Assembly (NCBI GenBank): GCA_023213395.1
Contig: CM041465.1
Span: forward strand, 21,142,001-21,206,000
Reading direction: 5' to 3'
Length of the DNA: 64,000 bases
Origin: Cycas panzhihuaensis
Taxonomy: Eukaryota; Plantae; Cycadophyta
The notes under the pieces are model-generated. The model was not told the DNA's origin. It did not search any database and saw nothing but the letters and a program-made list of their open reading frames with translations. Below are positions 54,701 to 64,000 of the stretch, one piece after another; position 1 is the first letter of the stretch, and each line of letters begins with the position of its first letter. The position numbers and the translations under genes were made by a program.

Positions 54701-55697
54701 TAAATTGCCATAAAATAAAAGATGGTATTTATAAGAGTGGGACATAGTGAAAATAAGGGAAATTTACAAAATAGGGAATAGTAAGAAAAAATGAGTTTTA
54801 ATAAATAGGGAATGCCTTAATAAAAGAATGGGATAAAGAAGGGATAAAAGGGGAGGGAGGGGTACTTGGGTTGTCTATTGTCTATTAAACCTAAAGTTTA
54901 ACAAACAAAATCACCTAATGCACTTAAATAAGAACAAAAGACTTGTTAAAATAGGATAAGTTAGTTGTAGGGGCAAAATTTTAGCAACAAGACCCATTGT
55001 TGACCTAGGTGCTACTATACTTAAAAACTAACTATAAAAATTAATTGAGTGCAAAATGATCAATGTGATACAATAATCAAAATAAGGTGTATGAATTTTA
55101 ACTATAATTTTTTTGCTATGGATTTTTTTTTTTTATGATAAGTTTGATTATTTAAGTCATTTCTAATTTTGATAAATATTGAGAAATTTATGGCCTTCTC
55201 TTTATAGTTCCATACTTCTAGTTATGGATGTTCAACAACTATTCAATAGACTTAATTTCTTTATGGGAGGGGGGTGTTGAACTAGAAGGTACCTATCAAA
55301 CCTTAATAATGGGAGTTCTTAGTCTTATAAGATTATCGATAAACCCCTTTTCAGTGGTTCAAGATAGGTAGCTTCATGGCATTAACTACTAACCACTATG
55401 CTACAAGACTTTGACGACTAACTAGTTTCATATTCTAAGTAGGATAAGGAAACCTATAAGGTTCCTCTAATATACCCATGGATACATGGAGGCTTAATTC
55501 TATAATTGAGTTCTATATGAGGCTTAGTTCAATAGACTTAACTAAAATACTTCACATAAGAGTAGAAAAACCACAATATGTATAGCCTAGAATGATAGAT
55601 ACTTGTGATATTTATAGACCCCCAACATAGGGTCTCTACCTATGTAAAGTAGGTAGCTACCAAGCAAAGTTATCTACCTATGAAAAGGAAGGGAGAG

Positions 55698-58600
55698 TGA
55701 GACATTTCTTCTCACCAGTACTATTGAGATAGTAGAGAAATGACATTCGCAACCATGTCATTTTATCTAATAGGGCAAACAAACTAACCAAGGGTTTCAC
55801 AGGAACACTAGAGCACTAAATGATCATCGAAAATAGAAAGCACCGTAGCACAATCTTTATAAAACGTTCTATTAAGATAACCATCATTTACAATTTATTA
55901 CTCTTATATAGACAAAATAGGGTCTTATACATGTAATCATATTGGTGGCCTAAGTGGCCTTACATTCTATTAGACAGTAGTGGCCATGCATACCATTGGC
56001 TAGCTTGATGAGACATGCACGAAGTTCTATAATTAACCTTATCTTATAACTTCTTGATAGCTCTCTATATACTAGTGATTTATATAACTTAGCCGAATAA
56101 GTTATGTAATAGATCCCCTCCTCTAAGATGCCGAGTCCTCGAGGCATGTGAGATGCGGGTGCTCTTTGATAAACTCCTCAGACTCCCAAGTTGCTTCATC
56201 AGAGTTGCAGCCTGTCCACTATATCAAATATTCTAAAATAGACCAATTCTAGAGATGGCATTTTCTAGTAGCTAGTATATGTTCTAGAGGTACAGAAAAG
56301 GTTTACTTTTCATCCAAAATTGGAAGGGTTGTCTAGGGAATATGGGTTTTTCTTAGACACTTCTGAAGACAGGAAACATGAAAAATATTATGGATATTTG
56401 TGGTGGGAGGAAGGTTGAGAGCATATGCAACTTCACCAATATATTTAAGGACTTTATAGGGGCTATAATATCGACAGCTAAGTTTGTGGTTCTTATGATG
56501 GTGATGGGATTATTGCTTATAAGGTTGGAGATGAAGGAATACAAGATCACTAATATTGAAGGAGCGATCATAGTGGTGGCGATTTGCTAATTGTTTCATT
56601 CAATTTTGGGCTATGGATAGGTTTTGTTTAAGGGTGTGGAGAATTTGGTCCATATGTCACAGTTTTTGTTATACTACTTCCATGTAGAGGTTGTTAGCTA
56701 AGGTGTGGTGGGACGGTGGGTGATACCCATAGAGGGCCAAAAATGGAGACATTCCAATAGCTGAATGGTATGAGGAGTTGTACCAATACTTAGCTAGGGC
56801 TAGCCATGATGTCCATTTAGACTTATAGTCAGATATAAAGTAATGTAAGTAGGTCTCCCGAGTTTTGTTAAAGACCTCAGATTGGCCATCGGTCTATGGA
56901 CGATATGCTGAACTCATGTTGAATGATATTCTTGACGTGCAGAATAACTCTTGCCAGAAGGAGCTAGTGAATTTAGGATCACGATCGTATATGATGGTGG
57001 ATGGAGAATTGTGCAAACAAAATATTATCTGGATGTAAATGTTAGTGATACATGGAGCTTTATAGGTTGTCTGGATAGGTAAGAAGTGGACATATTTTGT
57101 CAACCTATCTATGACTACTAAAATGGAGCCAGATCCAATAGATAATGGTAGGCCCGTTATAAAGTCCATCACAATATCTTACCATTTATGTTGTGGGATA
57201 TGCAATGGTTGAAGGAGGCCTAGTTTGTGTTTTGTATCTTCTTTTATACATTTGCATGTGTCACATTCTAAGACAAAGGTAAGGATGGTATATTTCATTT
57301 CTGACCAAAAGAAATCAGAACGTATCCTACGATAAGTTTTATCAAAACCAGAATGATTGCCAAGAGGAGAAGAATGATATTCTAATAAAATCTATAGGAT
57401 AAAAGCTGAGTGGGGATGTACGAATATGCAATTTTGGTATAAGAGAAGATTATTATAGATGGACCAACCCTTATAAGTGTGGACCTTATTAGTCTAGTGT
57501 GAAAAATTAGGTTAGGTTTGGTTAGTCGTGGCTAAATCCTATATCCATATTAGTTGTAGGGAAGAAATGGCATAAATGATGGGGTCCTTAGTGTGACTGG
57601 TGTTATCATCAAGTGTAGGTAAAGGTAGCCTCGAGAGAGCATCCACCACAATGTTATCTTTCCCCTTTTTATATGTGATTATAAAATAAAAAATTTGGAG
57701 GTGGTCGACCCATTTAGCTTGCTCTTCTGAGAGGACTAGTTGATCTAGTAAGCGACGAAGGTTGTGATGATCAGTGAGGATAGTAAATTTAGAACCAAGT
57801 AGATACTGTCACCACTTGTCAATAGCATGGAGGATGGTCCACATTTCTTTTTGATAGGTAGATAGTCTACACTCATGATCTTTGAGTTTCTGACTTTCAA
57901 AGGTGATGGGGTGGAAGTCCTACATTAAGATTACACCTAATCCAAACCTAGAGGCATCACATTCTAATTCGAAAGGATAAGAAAAGTTAGGAGAGGCCAA
58001 AATTGGGGTGGTTCTCATGACCTCCTTTAGATGGAAGAAGGTCTCATTAGCTAAGGGGGACCATTGGAAGGAATCCTTCTGAAGTAAGTGGGTTAAGAGG
58101 GTGGTTAGAGTGGCATAATTTCAAATGAACAAACAATAGAATCTGGTAAGTCCTAGGAAATCTCGTAATTGGGTTAGGGTTTTTGGGGTTAGCCAATTAG
58201 TAATAACAAAGATTTTATCGAGATCCATACAGACTCTAGTAAAAGATATAATATGACCAAGGTATTATAGTTTAGATTTCCCAAACTTATATTTGGAGAG
58301 TTTAACATACAATTTATTTTCAGCTAGGATTTGAAGGATTGATTCTAGATGTGAGATATAAGTAGGCATGTTTGAGCTATAGATAAGAATATCATCAAAG
58401 AAGACAATGATAAATTTTCACAGGTATGGGGAAAATATCTTGTTCATGAGGATTTGAAAGGTGGTTGGAGCATTACATAAGCCAAAGGGTGTGACCTGGA
58501 ACTCAAAGTGGCCACAGTGGGTTCATAAAGCTATTTTATATTGACCCTCTGGCAAGATAGGGATTTGGTAATATCCTAACTATAAATCAAGTTTGGTGAA

Positions 58601-61600
58601 AATTGCAACCCCATAGATTTCATCTAACATGTCATCAATTCACGGCATGGGAAACTTGTTTGTTATAGTGATTTTATTGAGCACGCGATAGTCAATGTAA
58701 AGTTAAAAAGAACCATCTTTTTTGTAAACTAAAATGATGGGTGTCATATACAGGCCTTTACTAGGTTGGATAATACCCATGTCCAATAATTCCCTTGTGA
58801 TTTTTTTAATTTCATTTTTTTGGAAATAGGAGTTCCTATATGGTCGTAGGCCAATCAGGTCATGTGAACTCTGTAACTCAATAGTATGGTAAAACCCTCG
58901 ATCAAGCGAGGGGCTAGTAGGTAACAAAATAAATACTGATAGGTATCGATTTAGTACTTGTTGAATATTAAGGTGGATACCAGAACGGGCTTGGATATGG
59001 TTGAGACAAATGATGTATCCTATGTTACCATTAAGTTGGCAGCACATTTGGGTGGGTGAAATTACTTTGTTTAGGGGCTTGCATCTCATAAAGTTTATGA
59101 AAGCAACCCATGTGATTTTTGAATATAATAAAGGGGGGCATGGGTGAGTTATTGGTGCTATAAGTTCCTAAAGTCTAGAGACATTATATGTCAAGAATTG
59201 CATCTGACCCACCTATAGACAGGGCATAAAAATTAGAGACAAGGGTATATGAGCCAATGTAGACCATGAGGTTTTTTATTATTCTAGTATAATGGAGGGT
59301 GTGATGACTAGGTAAGGAGTAAGTAAAGCCTGTTTTAGGCTCTATGTAAAGATTCAACTATCGAGCAATGGAGATATCGATGAAATTTAGTGATGAGTCA
59401 CCATCGATCAAAATGGTAATTAGGGTTTTCCTAAGTATTCCTTTGACTTGAAGTGGTTTAGGACATGCAATGGAGGTAACATTTGATAAGGAAACTTCAG
59501 GCTTAGGGTTTGGGGGTAACTCATCAATATGGTGGTTTTGGGGTTCATCATCATATTCATGCTCGGTCTTGGGGTCATCTTCCAAAGATAAGTCTAGGTC
59601 AATTGTGAAGACTATCTTCCTAGCTTTGCAGATTCTACCATGACCAATTGTCCATTTTTCAGAACATTGCATACATAGACCAGCTTCCTGATGACATTGT
59701 GCCTCTACTGGAGTGATGTGTATGGACTTCAAAGAGGGTTCCTCCACATGCTTCTTAAGAGACATAGTTGGGGTATCCTTTGGTTGTGGGCGTGATTGTT
59801 GGTAGTCAGTTGGACATGGTCTTAGGACCAGGCTATATTAACTTGTCAGGATCATGAAAGTTAAGTGGAGTCTCTTTTGAATAGATAAGGTCTTTTTATG
59901 GCAAACTCTACTTCTACTACTTTAGCCATATTAATTGAATCTTTTAAAGTAGATAGGGAGACTATCTTCAGGCACATTTGGATATGTTCTTTAAATAAAT
60001 ATTATGTAAATATATAATTAGATTAAGTATACACTAATAAGTTCTAATAGTTACATAATTAGATTAATCAACAACTTGATAAATAGAACTTATTAGTGTA
60101 AACTTAATCTAATTATGTAAATATTAGAACTTATTAGTGTATACTTAGATAGAGGATACTTACTTCAAACATGTTAGCTATGTACAAAAGGATTGGTTCC
60201 AAGTGTCTTCATACTACTAAAAAAAATAAGTAGAGAAGTGTGCCTAAGATTGGATAGAGGGGTACTCCAGCTTCCACCATCAGAACCAATGATGTGCCTT
60301 CCTATCTAAGTGCATGGAAGTAAATGTAAGTTGTTCATTTACTAACATTGGGTTAAGTGTAAAGTATGACTCTTACTTACTAATCCAACTTCAAGTACTA
60401 TCCCTGTTGAGATCTGGATCAAATGTGGGTATGTTGATCTTATGATGAAATGGCTACTACTAACATGGAGGCAAAGGCATGATTTGTTGCTATGTGGGGC
60501 TAATTGGCAGTGGAGGAGAGTTATTCAGCCTCTTAATTACATTTTGGACATCATCATGGGATGCTAGGTTTGACAGTCTAAAGTTAAATTCTTCTCGCAT
60601 GGTAGCTACATCATTTTTAACCTCCTTATGCATGTGGTTGAAATCCTCTTTAATTTTTTCTTGAATATTAGTGACGTAGGTCTCAAGTTCCAAGATCTTA
60701 TCACTATTTCTTTGAGGATCCATGGAAAAAGGGCGTAAAGAGGCGAGAATAAATAGAAAGAAGGGTAATGAATGAAGTGGGAAAGATTAAGAAAGAATAA
60801 GACATAAGAAAAAGGGAGTTTTTAAGGGAAAGAGAAGGGGGAAAATAGAGAGATTATTGGGTGTCTATAGCATGTTGACCCCAAAGGAATTTACATAAAC
60901 AAGATATTAGGTTCTCTCAAACAAGTGTGAAAATCCCATTCAAATGGGGTATATAAAGTGTAGGGGGGGCGGGGGGGGTTGGTGAGGCCCACCAGTGACC
61001 AGGTACTTAAAAACGTGAAAATTTCTGGTATGTACCAACCTAGTGCAAACTGACTAATACAATATGCTAATCAAAATGAGGTATATATTTGTAAGGGTAA
61101 AGTTTCTCACTGAACTAAGTGGAGCTTTTTTTTTCCCCTTCTTGTAATGGGTCTAACTACGTTAATAAGTTCTAGGTTTAGGCAGTATGAGGAACTTTTT
61201 TTTTCAAAATGTGAGGTGACTTGTGGTCTATGTCTAGAATATGTATACCAAAGTATCCTACCAGCCACTAGACAAGGTGTGATGGGTCTTATAGGGCTAC
61301 TAATAAACTATAGAAGTTCAAGGCAGGTAGCTTTGTGGTACTAACCACTAACCACTCCACTATAAGACTTCAACAGTTGATAGTTGCCTATGTTAGGGAG
61401 GGATTGAGACATAAAGGGGGTCCTCATATATACCCTAGGGTATATGGAGGCATACTTCCATAGCCAAGTTCTATCTAGGGCTTGGTTTAGGAGTGTTAAC
61501 TGCAGTCCTTCATGCAAAGGGTGGAGGAGCCATGATGCGCTTAGCCAGAACGACAAATCCCTGTGATATTTGAAGACCCCCAGTATAGGGTCTTTACCTG

Positions 61601-62074
61601 ACTACTTGGGTAGCCACCTAGTGGAGTTATCTACCCAAGAAAGGAGGCGGGAGGGAGAAAAGGTAGCCACCCAATAGAGTTATCTACCCTTGAGTTATAA
61701 TTTAATGTAGAATTTGAAATACAAAAATAAAAAATAACTAGATAAAAAATAGAAGGATAAAATGTTGGTTTTACCTGGTAAAAGAAATTCCCCTTTCCTC
61801 TTGACTCTTGGGTTGTCCTAGTACTATTCTTAAATCTCTATAAAGAGAGTACTAAGCAAAGGTCTTTCTTCGATCTCTACCGTGGTAGAGAGGGTACTCA
61901 ATCTAATAGGAAAAAAAAAATTTGGTCTTTTGAGTAGCTTCCCATGATCACAACGTAGCTCTGATACCGCTTAGGTCATTTCTTCTCAATGTGATGATCA
62001 AAATGAGGTATATATTTGTAAGTGTTACATAACTTGTCTATATTACATAACTTAGCCAGATAAGTTATGTAATA
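55698..62074 (-). mobile_element. Element E: younger chromovirus (Reina-like) inserted in the 5' UTR of F
   Basis: Perfect TSD GAGAG (55693-55697, 62075-62079). 3' LTR 55698-56111. Internally deleted 5' LTR 61972-62074. PBS, rc of GCTCTGATACC, at 61958-61968. PPT at 56113-56127. Confidence 0.95.
56122..60723 (-). pseudogene. E gag-PR-RT-RH-INT-chromodomain polyprotein, disrupted
   Basis: gag start MDPQRNSDK. GLCMQCSEKWTIGH. PR ILIDGDSSLNF. RT RPYRNSYFQKNEI and IVFFDDILIY (~58380-58410). RH CDASRFGLG. INT MDFITGLP..DRDPKFTS. Chromodomain EYLI*WTGCNSDEATWES. Confidence 0.95.
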
Positions 62075-63352
62075 GAGAGAACAAAAATGGTAGTTTCCAA
62101 GTAGTGTAATCTACCCTTGAACTTAAATTAAAATGATTAAAACTAAAACTGAAAGAAAGTATTATAGGAGAAAGGTTATGAGTGTCACCAAAGGAATTTT
62201 TGTTTTGTTCCTTTTCTAACTCCTAAATGTCTTCACAAGGTCATTGAACCTTGCTTTAATACCATTTACAATGTATCTACTTAAGATCATATTTACAAAT
62301 ATAATGAAAAGAAGATTTAAGAGAATAGATAGAGTGCTTTTATTAACTTTTGAGGCCAATATTAAGAATCACTAACATAATGGATACAAATGAGTACCAA
62401 AGGACTACTAAAGTACTTTGTCTTAAGAAAGAAAATAATGATCAACAACTATTTACAAGTAATATTTGACCATTAAATAGACAAAATAGGGTCTCTCTTC
62501 AATAATCCTATTAGCAGTCTTAATGTCCTTACATATCATTGGAGGGCTTATTGGTCTGCATATAAAACTTAATAGTTAATATCATAAATTAAGCCTTTGA
62601 TAGTTTCCATATGCTACTACCTCCTTCCACTTAAGAAGATGGAGTTACATGACAAAATACTTATCAACACTAAGGAAGACCCCAATTGATGAATTTTCAT
62701 ATGATGCCTATCAAAGGAAATTGATCATCTGCTAAATGGATTTGAAAACATATTTAATGAGTGATAAATATCTAAAGTATGCTAGATTTTTCCTTGGCTA
62801 CTTCTAGATAGAGATTCACATAGAATTAATATGCTATTAAGGTGCTCTTTGGTCCTAAATTCTCATAAAGATCTATCTTTCTAGGTACTGTTTCCTATTC
62901 ACAAGTTTACCAAGTTTTGATTTAGCATCACATCTATTTTAAAGTTTACCAACCTCATGATTCTAGAAGGAAATACAGATCTTACCCTCATAAATGTGAG
63001 ACTTAGGAGTGAAGAATGAAATATTAAGGTCATGAATAAGAAAAAAAAAACTTTAATCAAGCCCATTAAGGCCCATCCATGCATTCCCAATAGAAAATGC
63101 CTATGCCCCATTGCCTAATAATAATCTTACATGGTTGTTATGAGTTATAAATATGTATAAGAGGGTATGCCACTCAATAAAGAGATGAAGTGATGAAAGG
63201 AGAGTTTATGCTTATGTTGGAATGATGACCCCTAAGCACAAGTCTTATGGAAGAAGAAACAATTTGACCAACCATAGTTTAGGCTCATTAGAAGGCAAGG
63301 CTTTTAAAGTTGTAGTTTTATCCTTATTATAAATGAGATACATGCTATCCTC

Positions 63353-64000
63353 TTAGGCATAGTACTTTTGTAAGAATTATGAATTAAGAAGCTTTTAGAA
63401 ATCAAGGCTATTAATGGTAGAAATAGGAAATACTCCATTCTCAAGATCTTTGATAACTAGGTAAGGTCTTATCTACTCAGGGGCAAAGTTTTGCAACTTG
63501 TTATGAATGTATTTGAACTTGAGCACTTTGTCACCAACCCAAAAATTTCAAGGCCTTAACTACTTATTGTGGCTTAGTTGAGCCTATATATTAGAGGCTA
63601 AATTATTCTAAAGGGTAGTTAAGCATGTTTCATCCATTTCTCTAAGTCAAGTAATCACACTTCTCTTTGCCATTTTACATTAGTGAATTACTTTAGGGAA
63701 ATACATAAGGATGGGATTTCTACCTTAAGGGGATGGGCTTAGAGAAATAGACTAGAGATAATGGTGTCATCTTAGTTACATTTCTAATGAAGCTTTAATA
63801 GGCTTATAATTTGAGAAAGAGTTGGATATACTAGTCTTGGTAAGAACTTGTTGTAGTCTTAGCCAATGTTTTATTGAAGGCCTTAACCTAGCTATTAGCT
63901 TGAAGGGTAAGGTGTTGACAAGTGATGAGTGATATTGAATTTCTCACATAGTTCATCCATTTATGAGTCACAAAAGAGAGTTCCATTACATGAGATGATA
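63353..64000 (-). pseudogene. Integrase C-terminal half of B
   Basis: PLSLVY..LKVEIPSL at ~63705-63765; ends FLQKYYA* at 63353, followed by the shared motif at 63273. Confidence 0.85.

Larger units (their letters stand above)
41656..62654 (-). mobile_element. Element F: old chromovirus (Reina-like Ty3/Gypsy), host of G and E
   Basis: LTRs 41656-42041 and 62267-62654. Flanks GAATA/AAATA. PBS TGGTATTAAAGC (62253-62264 rc). PPT at 42043-42058. Colinear with E. Confidence 0.9.
33900..64000 (-). mobile_element. Element B: Tat/Ogre-like relative of A (3' LTR, 3' UTR with PMD gene, integrase), split by chromovirus F; left LTR end approximate
   Basis: PPT/LTR junction TGAAACA-TTTACCCCCTT at 36401-36418. 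3' UTR blocks homologous to A. Sequence resumes after the F TSD at 62655. Integrase at 63353-64000. Confidence 0.75.

Noticed and set aside
56353-56590. Overlapping antiparallel ORFs
   Set aside because: Off-frame or antisense readings of the decayed E integrase region.

Overview
AT-rich, strongly CpG-depleted plant intergenic or heterochromatic DNA. It is probably a large gymnosperm-type genome, inferred from element types and decay. There are no host genes or RNA genes; almost the whole window is nested, decayed LTR retrotransposons. It holds four related non-chromoviral Ty3/Gypsy (OTA, Tat/Ogre-like) elements: A (1-15412, -), C (fragment ~15434-32260, +), B (~33900->64000, -) and G (deletion derivative, 43961-52116, +). 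It also holds two chromoviruses (F 41656-62654, E 55698-62074), two Tnt1/Tork-like Copia elements (18998-24353, 25833-29462), a non-autonomous LTR element D (25332-31549) and a 287-bp mini-TRIM (17164-17450). The nesting is B<-F<-(G,E) and C<-(TRIM, Copia-1, D<-Copia-2). Most notable: (1) the Tat-like elements carry an antisense, apparently three-exon Plant Mobile Domain (PMD) gene with intron positions shared between copies; (2) that gene is bracketed by tandem arrays of different unit lengths that all keep one core motif (AATGAGYHTAAACTA on the element strand), a possible protein-plus-binding-site module like VANDAL/VANC (hypothesis); (3) several deletion junctions carry templated filler DNA, including a perfect 59-bp copy from the neighbouring element. 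All alignments were done by eye.
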